A DNA stretch of 38,971 bases from Catajapyx aquilonaris (GCA_000934665.2 KZ538003.1:124001-162971); one strand, 5' to 3'. Shown: positions 1 to 12,501, counted from the first letter of the stretch. Translations and numbers: made by a program. Notes: a model not told the origin generated them from the letters alone.

Positions 1-144
1 GCTTTCTTGGACGAATTGCGACCCGAGATCAAGAATCTGTTCCGAGCCATGACCGGAAACCACGTGAACAAAGCCCTTGCCAAGATCAAGCTGGATGACC
101 TGGCCGGAAGCGAATTCATAAAGGAAGCATTTGCCATCAACTAA
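1..144 (+). CDS. Takeout/JHBP-family gene T0, end of last exon only (truncated by window edge)
   Basis: Frame 1 reads AFLDELRPEIKNLFRAMTGNHVNKALAKIKLDDLAGSEFIKEAFAIN-TAA (142-144), matching exon 6 of the other copies; AATAAA at 267-272 and 278-283. Confidence 0.85.
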   Translation, partial: AFLDELRPEIKNLFRAMTGNHVNKALAKIKLDDLAGSEFIKEAFAIN

Positions 145-471
145 GCATGCTTCTCATGACGAAAGTGATCAGTATTGTCATACCTCATTTGTAATCTTTT
201 GTCTCAATTTGCCTTGCAATTTGCTGTAGAGTGAGTCCTCTTCACTCTTGAGGTTCGATAATCTCGAATAAATATTAAATAAATATACAGTGAAACTTTG
301 TGTGTGTGTTGGACACTGACGGTTCCAAGGAAACTATCCAGCATATAGGGATGTGTCCAACATATTTAGGATTTCAATCTTACAGGTTTCATAGCGCGAA
401 CATTACGAATCCTGCGTCCACTTGCTATACATGCAAGATGATGCAAGATTAGCCAAGTTGGTGCGGCGAGA

Positions 472-2614
472 TAGTCCAGGTGCTAAGGGACAAAATTTGA
501 CCCAAACTTTGCATTTTGTGACAAAAGTATGAAACTAGGTACACTTGTCCTTTGGACACTTCTGATCATATCTGGACGTGGAGCCACGATGACCCACCCC
601 GGTGGTGGTCCATTTCGCAGGGTTTCCATAACTACCAGATGCAGCATCCTTTTAGGACCTTGTATTGGGTGACAAAAACATGAAACTCGCCACAATTGGT
701 CTTTGGACACTTCTGAACATGTCTGGATGTGGGGCCATGATGACTGACCCCGCTGTGGGTCACTTGCAGGGTTGCCAGATCTAACGGACCAAACATACAT
801 CTCTGCGAGGATCATGTGAATTGGGAGCTTGCATTCGGTGATAAAAACGTGAAACGCGGTACGGTAGTTCTTTGAACACATCTCAACATATCTGGACGTG
901 GGGTCACGGTGGGTGACCCATGGTGCCCTCGCCAGGGGTCACTATCGCGGAGTTGCCAAATCGAACATGCGTTGCACACCTTTACATGAATAAGGGCCTT
1001 GCATTCGGTGATAAAACACTGCTAAAACATGAAACTCGCCCCAATTATTGATCTTTGGACACTACTGAACATGTCTGGAAGCGAGGCCACTATGGATGAC
1101 CCCGCTGGGGTCACTCGCAGGGTTGCCAGATCTAATGGGCTCTCTAAGTAAACTATGTGAATAGGTAGCTTGCATTCGGTGACGAAGACGTGAAACTCGG
1201 TACAATATAGTTCTTTGCACACTTCCGAACATATCTGGACCTGGGGACACGATGACCCACCCCGGTGGATGGCACTATCATGGTGTTGCCAAATCGAACA
1301 GACTGTGCAACATGCGTTTATATTTTGATAGGGAGCTTGCATTTGGTGACAAAGACGTGAAACTTGGTAGAATTGTTCTTTGGACACTTCCGAACATATC
1401 TGGGCGTGGAGCCACGATGACCCACCCCGAGGGAGGGCACTATCGCAGGGTTGCCATATCTAACAGAATGTGCAACATGTGTTTATATTTAAATAATGAG
1501 CGTGCATTCGGTGGGTCATCGTGGCCTCACGTCCAGATATGTTCGGAAGTGTGCAAAGAGCAAACGTACCAAGTTTTATGGCTTTGTCACCGAATGCAAG
1601 CTCATTATTCAAAAATAAACACGTGTTGCACATTTTGTTAGATATGGCAACGCCACGATAGTGCCCTCCCTCGGGGTGGGTCATCGTGGCTCCACGTCCA
1701 GATATGTTCGGAAGTGTCCAAAGAACAATTCTACCAAGTTTCACGTCTTTGTCACCAAATGCAAGCTCCCTATCAAAATATAAACGCATGTTGCACAGTC
1801 TGTTAGATTTGGCAACACCATGATAGTGCCATCCACCGGGGTGGGTCATCGTGTCCCCAGGTCCAGATATGTTCGGAAGTGTGCAAAAAACTGTATTGTA
1901 CCGAGTTTCACGTCTTTGTCACCGAATGCAAGCTCCCTATTCACATAGGTTACTTAGAGAGCCCATTAGATCTGGCAACCCTGCGAGTGACTCCCAGCGG
2001 GGTCATCCATAGTGGCCTCACTTCCATACATGTTCAGTAGTGTCCAAAGACCAATTGGGCGAGTTTCATGTTTTAGCAGTGTTTTATCACCGAATGCAAG
2101 GCCCTTTTTCATGTAAAGGTGTGCAACACATGTTCGATTTGGCAACTCCGCGATAGTGACCCCTGGCGAGGCCACCAGGTGTCACCCACCGTGACCCCAC
2201 GTCCAGATATGTTGAGATGTGTTCAAAGAACTACCGTACCGCGTTTCACGTTTTTATCACCGAATGCAAGCTCCCAATTCACATGATCCTCGCAGAGATG
2301 TATGTTTGGTCCGTTAGATCTGGCAACCCTGCAAGTGACCCACAGCGGGGTCAGTCATCATGGCCCCACATCCAGACATGTTCAGAAGTGTCCAAAGACC
2401 AATTGTGGCGAGTTTCATGTTTTTGTCACCCAATACAAGGTCCTAAAAGGATGCTGCATCTGGTAGTTATGGAAACCCTGCGAAATGGACCACCACTGGG
2501 GTGGGTCATCGTGGTCCACGTCCAGATATGATCAGAAGTGTCCAAAGGACAAGTGTACCGAGTTTCATACTTTTGTCACAAAATGCAAAGTTCAACCCCT
2601 TAGCACCCGGACTA
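472..2614. mobile_element. Non-autonomous foldback DNA transposon, Academ-like ends, about 1-kb inverted arms built of about 170-bp subrepeats
   Basis: Left end TAGTCCAGGTGCTAAGGG mirrors right end CCCTTAGCACCCGGACTA; AGA flanks both sides (469-471, 2615-2617). Arms 472-~1512 and ~1589-2614 are near-identical inverted copies, shown by mirror ORFs 1252..1641(+)/1460..1849(-) and 483..881(-)/2217..2531(+). No transposase. The superfamily call rests only on YR...YR termini plus the 3-bp TSD. Confidence 0.85.
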
Positions 2615-3169
2615 AGAATCGTGTTGGGTATTCATCCAGTGACCCTGGGCCAGTCGGACCTTGTCTCCTGTCCGGGGTCGAACTGGTAAGTTATAGCTGT
2701 GAACATGCAGGGAATTATGGTGTGAAACAGTATGTGTCAGTGGATGATTTCTTTTTTTTTAAATTTGTTTTCAGGTGCAGTGTGGTAAAAGTGTATGACG
2801 CTAGATTTGCATATTTATGACGTTAGAAATACTTTCATGCTAGTGGCACAATTTCTCAAGTCAATTGATTATACACTACCGGCATGTAATAATTTTTATT
2901 GCCACTAATTTTTATTATGAGGATCCTATACAATGTTTTCCTGGACTTAATATTATTAGGATTTGTTATCTGTCATTATTTTCGTGTTATTGGATGTATT
3001 AGCCATGAAAATGGAGTGACGTTTTTTCCGCGTTTGCCACATTGATAATATTATGTAACAGTATGGTACTCTATATCTATCGACCTATGCACGATAAGTT
3101 TATATTCATTTATTAAATCTCAATTATTTAGAGTGTCCTGTGGTATTATTGGTACAGTACTGCATTGTG

Positions 3170-3410
3170 AGAGATGAACAAGCGGGATTCTTTTGAACCT
3201 CTTGACTCTCTTAATTCATGCTAAATGACAAAGGATTTTAACAGTGGGAGGAAAGTGTAGATCCTCGAGAACCGACGCGACGCGAATAAGGAGAGAATCA
3301 CCAACACTATTTTCACATAAGAGTGTCCTCCTTCTGACCCTGAGATCGAACTAGTGACCTGGCCTCTGAGGTCGAGGATTTTGGTCTCACCGAGCTACCT
3401 TCACCTTGTT
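3170..3410 (-). mobile_element. Degraded SINE-like relic upstream of T1 (paralogous copy at ~14300-14535 upstream of T5)
   Basis: Shared motifs ACAGTGGGAGGAAAG, GGAGAGAA, GAGTGT and GAGATCGAACT (reverse box-B-like) occur in the same order in both places; heavily diverged. Confidence 0.4.
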
Positions 3411-3658
3411 GCATTAAAATGTTATTAAAATACGAGTGTAATGGGGAAAGTTACGCTGAAATATAAAATGTTTAGTAGCCTACTTTTTCTCTCCTCATAA
3501 TTGTTATCTTACCGATTAATAACTCCAATAAAACATTGAAGCTCTTCCTGTTTGATTCTCACAAGCGTATTAGAATTTCACATTTATATACAGTAGGCTG
3601 GATTATAGGTATACACTGTCTTATAATCTACTATACCTTTTGGAGTGTTGATCGAATA

Positions 3659-5291
3659 ATGAAGCCTCTTTTAGTTGCACTCGGCGCTGTCTTTGCACAT
3701 TCCTTAGCCATAACTCTTGGTAAGTTTATAACCCTAGGTGATGCACTGCCCATCATTACACTTGGGAAAATTAGTGCATTGTGTATTATTATGTAATCAA
3801 GCATTCACTTTCTCACATTCAACACTAACTGTTTTCTTACTTAAACGTACGTAGTAACTTCTTTGACTATTATCCGCAATATTTCTCCAATATTCCCAAC
3901 CTTCTGCGGTCTAGAATAGTTGATTTGGGCAGTGCACCAACCTGTATAATGTACATTATATGTATAGAGATTTTATAAAGTGTCTTAACATTTTCCTACA
4001 CATATATAACTCACGAAAATTATTGTACTGTACATGTCACTTGACAGAAGATGCATACACACGATGCAAAGGAGTGTCACGAGATGAGCTGGAGACCTGC
4101 ATCATTCAGCTGGTTAATGATCTGAGTCCATTGATCATAGAAGGCAAGACGTCCCATGATTACAAACAATCATAATTATCTGATATTATAGCCTACAGTA
4201 TTATTTATAACGTATCGAATTATAGGGCTCATTTTTCCTTGAACGAAACAGGTATTTCCGAATTGGAACTGCAACCTGACACATGCAATTTTGAACAAGT
4301 TGACGTTGAATACAAAGGAGGAATCAATCACATGACTGCGCATTACTATGGAGGAAAGTTTCGAGGAATGGAGGAGTTTCGACTGACTCATCTGAAGTAA
4401 GTTGCACTTCATATACCGGTAAACTGTATTATGCTCTCTGGCGTTTATTATTGCGACTGTTTTCATTTTGATATTAGGATTGACTACGCCAAAAAAGTAG
4501 CCGTTTGGTCTGCATTGATTCCGGAGTTAGTGAACATGGGAACCTACTACATGGATGCAAATGTTTTGGGATTTCCTATATATGGAAATGGAACTAATTG
4601 GTATCGCTGGGGTAAGGCATCACTGTCTCTTATCATTCATGTTACCAGCGACTGGTCCATGCGCACAAAATGATTACCAGTTTACCTCACATCAACCAGA
4701 GAATTTCCACTTCTACGGAGTCTCTCACCTGGCAGTGGAAGAGATCAACGGAGAGTTGCATCTTCAGGAGAAGGACACGGAACTCACGATCAGCTACGGG
4801 AAAGCTGCAATGCGGATGAACAACTTGTACGACGGAGATCCCATCTTACGTAAGTGTTGCTAATTAATGGAGTGGAACGCTCTGAGGTCCTGAGTTAGAT
4901 CTCCGATCCGGCAAAGGATTTTCTCATCTGAAAGGGATTCTCAAGCAACATACTGTATTTCCGTGGATTTTTCATTCCTGCAACTGTATATTAATCTTAT
5001 ATTCCTATCCCAGTTTCCCAACACCACTTCGAGGCCTTGGTTAACCTTTCTATAAACGCAACCTGCAGTACATACTACAGCAGTATTCTATAAGGTCATG
5101 ATGTTTCAGAGCAAGGTGCTTCTGCTTTCCTTGACATGAACGTGGACGCACTCATGGACGAATTGCGACCCGAGGTCAAGAGACAGTTCCGAGCATTCAC
5201 AGGAAACCACGTGAACAGAGCCCTGGCCAAGATCAAGCTGGATGACCTGGCAGGAAGCGAATTCATCAAGGAAGCATTTGGCATCCACTAA
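3659..5291 (+). CDS. Takeout/JHBP-family secreted protein T1 (255 aa)
   Basis: Exons 3659-3719, 4048-4143, 4252-4396, 4478-4611, 4700-4849, 5110-5291 sum to 768 nt in one open frame. Signal peptide MKPLLVALGAVFAHSLA; N-terminal Cys pair RCKGVSRDELETC; family-like motifs GISELEL, GTYYMDANVLGFPIYGNG, NLYDGDPIL, FLDMN and ELRP. GC donor at 4144; AATAAA 5411-5416. Confidence 0.9.
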
Positions 5292-5439
5292 ACGCAATGA
5301 CTAAGCCTGGTTTGTGTTACGAAAGCAATATCTCTTGTCGTCCCTCATTTGTAATAATTTGTTTTAATTTGCTGTACAGTCAGCTCCCTTTAAGCTGTTC
5401 GAAAATCTGAAATAAATATAAAATAATAATCTATATCTA

Positions 5440-5990
5440 TAAATCGGCCCATGTTTAGCAAAAGGCATTAACCCACATCATACTAGTTTCGAGAAAATCG
5501 ACTTTAAAGGTTTTTGCCTCTGTCTACTTCAGGTAATAAAGTGAGAAATCTTTTCGATGTCGTATTACCACCATTACAACATCCCGGTCATTACTGTGCA
5601 CTTCGATTACTGATTAATGGGTCAGAGGTCAAAATATATGACGAAATATGCAGATAATGCTCTTTGCCAAAGCACTGATTTTTTGACTTTGCCTTACCTC
5701 ATATAGGTAAGAAGGCATTAACCAACATTTTGCAATGGAGATCATGTCGATTTTTGACATCCATTACGCCAAAAATAAATATGTATGTATGCTTTATTAT
5801 TTTAGAAACAATTGAGCAAGATAGTGAAATATTTTATATTATCATTGCAAATCACCATTATATAAGCACTATTATCAAATTATCGCATTGGTTTGAAACA
5901 CAGTGAAACAAAATTGTAATCAACAAATTGTGTAATTATAACTTATTAATTGAATAAGTAGCCTTCCTTTTTTGACTATCAAAAAATAGT
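5440..5990. mobile_element. Unclassified foreign sequence (probable DNA-transposon remnant) in place of the T2 promoter and exon 1
   Basis: No similarity to other copies' upstream regions; AAGGCATTAACC occurs twice with a partial inverted copy; homology to T7 intron 1 resumes abruptly at ~5993. Confidence 0.35.
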
Positions 5991-6242
5991 CATACACCAG
6001 AAACCACTTTCATGCAGGTGAATGTAGCCGTAATATTGTTCCTTTCAATGGCTAGCCCTTATAAAATCTCCTTTCTAAACTAAACTATCCTGGATGTTCC
6101 TATTATACCCGTCGCTCTATTCTTTAATATGCTGCTGACTTGAGCAATGCATAATCAGAAATAACAGATAGTATAGCTTTTGAAAAGCATCTTAACCTTT
6201 TGATGCACAAGCCTCATTCAAATGGCGCGTGTCACTTGGCAG

Positions 6243-7499
6243 ACGATGCATACACACGATGCAAAGAAGTGTCACGAGATGAGCTGGAGCCCTGCATAAT
6301 TCAGCTGGTTAATGATCTGAGTCCTCTGATCATAGAAGGCAAGTCGAGCTATGAACACAAACATGTCTCTTGTGACTGGCATCTAATGCTGCATTTCCCT
6401 TGCACGGAACAGGTATTTCAGAACTGGAACTGCAAACTGATACTTGCAATTTTGACCATCTTGACTTCGAGCATAAAACAGGAATCAGTCACTTGACGGC
6501 ACATTACTATGGTGGAAAGTATCGAGGAGTTGAGGAGTTTAAGCTGACCCATCTGAAGTAAGTTTGCACTCCGTACACTTGCATTTAAACTGCGACTGTT
6601 TCCATTTTGTTATTAGGATTGACTACGACAACAGACTGGCTGTTTGGTCCGCCATCTTTCCAGAGATAGTGGCCTTGGGTACATATGACATGGATGCTAG
6701 TGTATTGGGATTTCCCATATACGGCAATTAAATGGAACATTCTGGTATCGCTGGGGTAAGCCATCACTTCTTTAATGAACTCAAGTCATTACCCATTGGT
6801 ATCTACAGGCTCATCCAGGTTACCTGTATAACAAGTAGGCTACTGGAACATTTTTCCTACTTCTGTAAAACCGAAACTTCTTTTGTGTGACAAGGAACAT
6901 GAACAAAATGTTCAAGAAAATATGCTTCTCTTATAATAATTAGGCCAACATCATTTATCAAGAGTGTTAAAGACACTATTAGAGGTAACCAATATAATTA
7001 TCTCATTTCACCCAGATACCTTTCACCTTTACGGAGTTTCTCACCTGGCAGTGGAAGAGATTAACGGGGAGTTACATCTTCAGGAGAAGGACACCGAAAT
7101 GACGTTAAGCTATGGGAATGCTGCATTGAGGATGAACAATAACTTGTACGACGGAGACCCCATCTTAGGTAAGACCTCCTTCATCTGACTAATTTTTACT
7201 ATCCCTCCCTCTCAATGCCTCTTGGCCGCCTTAGTTGCTTTGGCTCCTTCAAATAAACCTATAACCAGCAATATTGTGAGCCATTCTAACGAGAATGATG
7301 TTCAGATGATGTTTCAGAGCAAGGTGCTTCGGCCTTCCTGGACATGAATGTGGACGCTTTCTTGGACGAATTTCGACCCTCGGCCAAGAAGGTTTTCCGA
7401 CAATTTACAGGAAACCATCTGAACATTGCCCTTTCCAAGATCAAGCTGGATGACCTGGCAGGAGCCGAATTCATCAAGGAAGCATTTGGCATCAATTAG
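6243..7499 (+). pseudogene. Takeout/JHBP pseudogene T2
   Basis: Exons 2-6 at 6243-6338, 6413-6557, 6617-6755, 7016-7168, 7318-7499. No exon 1 or promoter upstream. A 5-bp insertion in exon 4 (GGC AAT TAA) creates a stop at 6729-6731 and a frameshift. Confidence 0.88.
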
Positions 7500-8134
7500 A
7501 TGAAATTGGCTGGGGCTGGTTCTTGTCATGAATGCCGTGTGACACTGACTTGTGAGACCTTTATTTGGTAGTTTTCAAGCATAATAATTATTATGCAACC
7601 ATTTCATTCGGCATTCACTCCAAAAATATTATCCCGTCGATTTCAACATTCTCGACGTATTTTGTCGCACCAATACAGTTGTATTTCTTATGCAGAACTT
7701 TCATTGTTATCCACGATTAAAATAGTATTTGATTTCTGTTATTAGGGGCGTACGAGTATTATTGGGTGCTAAAAACTATCGTGTTTGCCACACTGAAACA
7801 CTTTTCAATTTGAGGAAGCGTTGTTTGTCAGATACGCCGATCTAATTCGGTACGTGAGAGATGCAAGTCTGTGGGGCTAAACACTATACACCACCATGAC
7901 ACCCAATGTTTCATTAGAATATTGCTTCAATCTGTGGAAAGAGGAAAACTATCCTGAAATTTGAATGCAACATGCTAAGTAGGTTTCCTCTTCTCGTATA
8001 TTCATGTCACTCTACCTGACTTTAATCGCTACATTAAGACAACTAAGTTCTTCCTGGTTGATTGTCACAAAGACATTAAAATTCCAGTCATGTACATAAA
8101 ATCCCCCCATAACTTCTGCAGTGCTGCTCGAATC

Positions 8135-9585
8135 ATGAAGCCTCTGTTGGTTGTACTCTGCTGTGTTTTGGCACACACTTCAGCCATAACTCTAGGTAAG
8201 TTTGTTGCAATGTTATGCAGGTGAGGCCTTGTCCATAATGTCCTCAGCTCAAGAGAAAAAGCTTAGTCGATTATTGTTATTGTCAATGGGTTGCCTTTTT
8301 CTCTAAACTGGCTGCTAAGCGGCTAAAGTACAGTATATCCTGAATCTTTGTCTCGTCCCCATCCCTCTATTCTGGAACTGTTCACTTGGGCAGTAGTCCT
8401 ATACATCATTTGGCATAAGGTATTCAGGGCTTATTATACACGATGTAAGTGTTTGAAACCGTTTCCTTATGTCCCTTGGTACATGTCACTTGGAAGACGA
8501 TGCATACACACGATGCAAAGGAGTGTCACGTGATGAGCTGGAGCCCTGCATCATTCAGCTGGTTAATGATCTGAGTCCCCTGATCATCGACGGCAAGTCG
8601 TCTTATCAACACAAACAGTGTGTGACTGGCAGTCAATGGTAACTCCCATTTTCTTTCCACGGAACAGGCATTTCTGAATTGGAATTGCAACCTGACACAT
8701 GCAATTTTGACCAAATGGACTTCGAGGATAGAGCGGGGATCAGTCACTTGACGGCACACTGTTATGCTGGAAAATATCGAGGACTTGAGGAATTTCACCT
8801 GACTCATCTTAAGTAAGTTGACACGCCGTATCAATATAGGATTTCAAGTACGACTTTTTCATTATATGATAATAGGATTGACTACGACAGCAAACTAGCC
8901 GTTTGGTCTGCCGTCTTTCCCGAGATAGTGGCCATGGGAACCTATGACTTGGATGCAAATGTTTTGGGGTTTCCTATGTATGGCAATGGAACATACTGGA
9001 CTCGCTGGGGTAAGCCATCACATCCATTCGCTTATTTATGTTACTGCCCATTCATCCAGGTTAATTCTCCGAGCATTTCTCCCATAATGTAATATGTTAC
9101 GCAGATAGTATCCACCTCTACGCAGTTTCTCACCTGGCAGTGGAAGAGATCAACGGAGAGTTACACCTGCAGGAGAAGGACACGGAAATGACTTTCAGCT
9201 ATGGGAAAGCTGCAATGCGGATGAACAACTTGTACGACGGAGATCCTATCTTACGTACGACTTCATAAGTTATTCCGTCTGCCTAATAACTGATTTTTAC
9301 TATTCACATCTTTCCCTGTTATTAGTGTCCGTGACTCCTCTCAATAATCCTAACCAGCAATCGTAAGTACTACATTCTAATGAATCTCATTGCTCTTTCT
9401 CAGAGCAAGGTGCTTCGGCCTTCCTGGACATGAATATAGACGCTCTCATGGACGAATTGCGGCCATCGGCTAAGAAGCTATTCCGAGCTGTAACCGGAAA
9501 CCATCTCAACGGGGCCTTGGCCAAGATCAAGTTGGATGACCTCGCCGGAAGTGAATTCATAAAGGACGCATTTGGGATCAATTAA
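8135..9585 (+). CDS. Takeout/JHBP-family secreted protein T3 (255 aa)
   Basis: Exons 8135-8195, 8497-8592, 8668-8812, 8876-9009, 9105-9254, 9404-9585; same lengths and phases as T1, open frame. Exon 2 acceptor is AAG rather than CAG; GC donor at 8593. Confidence 0.83.
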
Positions 9586-11051
9586 ACGCAATGTTTAGAA
9601 TCCTCTTCAATTTATTAATTAACACTAAGGCTATACAGTTTAAAGTAATTGCTTCCACTTATTATGTTTCACATTGCAAATAGTATATGATTCAGTAATA
9701 ATTTTTATTGCTACTATTTTTATTACCCAGAACTTACATGGTTATTATTTTTATTACAGTAGGAAATGTACAGTACAGCAGATCGAAGCATATTACGTAT
9801 AACTATATTTAGTGCTACAAATGGTCGACCACGATTAAATTCTATAATATTGGTAGTTTGATGAAAAGGTTGATCATTAAAATGTTGCGAGGGTGATCAA
9901 AAATGTAGCGAGGGTTACCAAAAACCGAAATGTGCATTTTCATTGCATGCCTTTGGGAACTGGAGCTGCAACCTGAAATGTGCAATTTTGACAATATTGA
10001 CATCGAGCATCAAGCAGGGATCAGTCACATGACTGCACATTATTATGCTGGAAAGTTTCGAGGAATTGAGGAATTTCAGCTATACACTCGCACTACTTCT
10101 TATACAGTAGACTTCGGATACGACATCTTGGCTGGAAGTCGTCTCAACTACCTGACTTAGGTGTAGGCCCAAACCTGGGAGCCAAGGTCAACTCTATGAC
10201 CCAGAGCAAGACAGGCAGTTCATTAGGTCTACTACTCTGGGATACAGTGAACAGAGCACGTATGTGACTCAATCTTGAAATGGGAAGCTGGCAAGTAGGT
10301 CATGAGAAGCCAGTACGAGCAGTAGTCTTACTAGATGAATATTATACAGTCATGTGGTCGAACAGGAACTAGATCTTATGACTTCCCCTCCTTTACGAGC
10401 ATCTTACATTATAGGTAAGGTGAAAAATTAATATGTCATGTCCGGAGTAAATGATGTATGCTCAGGGCCTTATGTAAGGACTAGGAAAACCCTCGCTCCG
10501 CTCGTATTTTCCTAGGGCGCTGGCCTAGAAAACCGCTCGCTTCGCTCGCTCTTTTCTAGGCCTGCGGCCCACAGTGCCCACCACATTTTCAATCTCTTCG
10601 GACTTATTGCCAGTGATGATGCCAATGACATCCACACCCCCCCCCCCCACCCTCACCCGTTCCTCCGTGCATTCACATATATGTGATTCCCTATACCCTG
10701 CGACCAATCTGCAATCCCACCTTTGCATTGGCTGGGAAATATGCATTTGCCCACCTCAACATACCCATACCTTTGCAATTTTAAAAAACAAACAAAAAAC
10801 AAACAAAAAAACACAATTTATTATTGTATGAACAGAAATTCACAACCTCCACCGCCTCTACTCGCATGCACTTGCACACATGTATCTAAATAATTTATGT
10901 GCACCCTTTCGGACCGCGTTTTTCTAACTGCTCATAACTTCCCTTATTATAATCAGCCAATGGAACTTATGGCACTGTCTGTATTAGATCAGTGGTTCCC
11001 AACGCGCGAAGCATTCTCCGTGGGGGTCGAGGGTGGCCGCGATTATTTTAA

Positions 11052-12076
11052 GGTGGAAATGAAGCGACTTGCTAATCAAATGAGAGTCTAGAATTGGAAT
11101 GTTAATAAGAAGGGCTAAAATCAGGGAAACATACGCAACCGATGCAGCAGTAAATGCTGTTCAATCCTATGCATTCCATTCGAATCTGCGTTTTAAACTC
11201 GATTTAATATGGGCCCATTACCGACGGCAAGTTTTTGTGCGCAGGCGCAATTGTCACGGCTGCCAACTTAAACATGGTATTTGGAGGTGTGCTTAATATT
11301 TTTTATTTTTGATGGAAATCGATTTTATTCGGTCGTCAGTACGAGGTCCCAATTTGTCGAGGCATTTTTAAAAGTTTAGTTCCGAAAGGGGAGCCTGTAG
11401 CTCTTCATTTGTGTCGGATTTGGAACACGTTCAGTTGGTACGCGGGTGACAGATAGAAGCGGCAACGCAGCAAAGGTCCGGGCCAATTATCGCGTAGCAA
11501 TGTGACGTCATTGCCGGGTGGATTCGAATGATTCGATTTTTATATTATAATTATAACTATAAAAACCAATATAACGGTTCTGACGTCTGACAAACACCAC
11601 CGCCAAACGAAAATCCTGTGTGAGCCGTTGTAAAAACCATCATACTAACTTGCACTCATATTTCGCGGTCGTATGCAACCGTATCTCGCTACCGTAAACA
11701 ACGCAGTGTTGCCACTGCCTCACTCGAGTGGAGCAAGGTGACGTCACTGGATCATTTTTGGATCGTTTTTCCGCAATACAAATTGAAAGAGCACGGTGAG
11801 GTAGGGTTTTCTTTTTGCGGTTGCGATCAGTATATAAGTCCCGACATATTCCACATTTAATTTTAAAATTCTCATTTACTTATGATTTTTTTGTGGACTA
11901 TTGAAAATTCTGCCATAAGGGCCCATGTTAAATCGCGAACTTCTGAGCCCTCTAGTTCGCTAATTTGCACGGTGACGTGTATTTTTCTTTGCGCCATTGA
12001 TAAGAGGACACAAAACTGCGTAACATATGTTTTTTTCATAAAATTCTCATTCAGTGACTTTAGCTTCATTTCCACC
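11052..12076. mobile_element. Non-autonomous Kolobok-type DNA transposon (1025 bp)
   Basis: Perfect 14-bp TIR GGTGGAAATGAAGC / GCTTCATTTCCACC flanked by TTAA at 11048-11051 and 12077-12080. RR...YY ends with TTAA fit Kolobok rather than piggyBac. Confidence 0.8.
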
Positions 12077-12245
12077 TTAATAAATTTAAAAATAACTACA
12101 ATTTAAAAAATAATATTAGATGATCAAAAACTGGTTTAATTCTTTCCGCCACTTCTTTTGACATTCTCGGCCTATCCCCTGGTTCAGTGTAGAATATCGC
12201 GGCTAATCCTGCTTACCAACTCTTCCCACTGGGGATGCCAGTATA

Positions 12246-12501
12246 CTGCCGTCAGATGTGAGAGGACCGTAACTCAATATCCACTTCCCTGGCGGCGAGA
12301 AAAGAAAGCAAGTGTTACAGAAAGCACCGAAGAGGTAGCGTTGGGGGAAGGGGGGGGGGGGNNNNNNNNNNNNGGGGGGGGGGGAAGGAACGGCACCCCA
12401 ACTCCACCTGTTGGGTGCTTTTGGTACGTACCACTGCTTTTTTTCTCTCGCCGCAAGGGGAAGTGGCCATTGAGTTACGGTCTTCTCATATCTGACAGCA
12501 G
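12246..12501. mobile_element. MITE-like inverted repeat with about 100-bp imperfect arms and a poly-G centre
   Basis: CTGCCGTCAGATGTGAGAGGACCGTAACTCAAT... mirrors ...ATTGAGTTACGGTCTTCTCATATCTGACAGCAG; the centre contains an N gap; no clear TSD. Confidence 0.6.
12362..12373. other. Assembly gap within poly-G tract
   Basis: 12 N bases flanked by G runs. Confidence 0.98.

Noticed and set aside
511..2590. CRISPR-like array
   Set aside because: Units are ~170-bp whole-unit homologs without unique spacers, arranged as a palindrome, in eukaryotic DNA with no cas genes.
483..2820. Many 60-132 aa ORFs in the foldback element
   Set aside because: They occur as mirror pairs produced by the inverted, repetitive structure and show no recognisable domain.
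9860..9930. Short ~21-bp tandem repeat AAAATGTWGCGAGGGT
   Set aside because: Only two to three degenerate units; possibly a transposon-end remnant but unclassifiable.
10990..11047. Complete hAT element starting CAGTGGTTCCCAAC
   Set aside because: No matching opposite terminus or 8-bp TSD found; mentioned only as a fragment.
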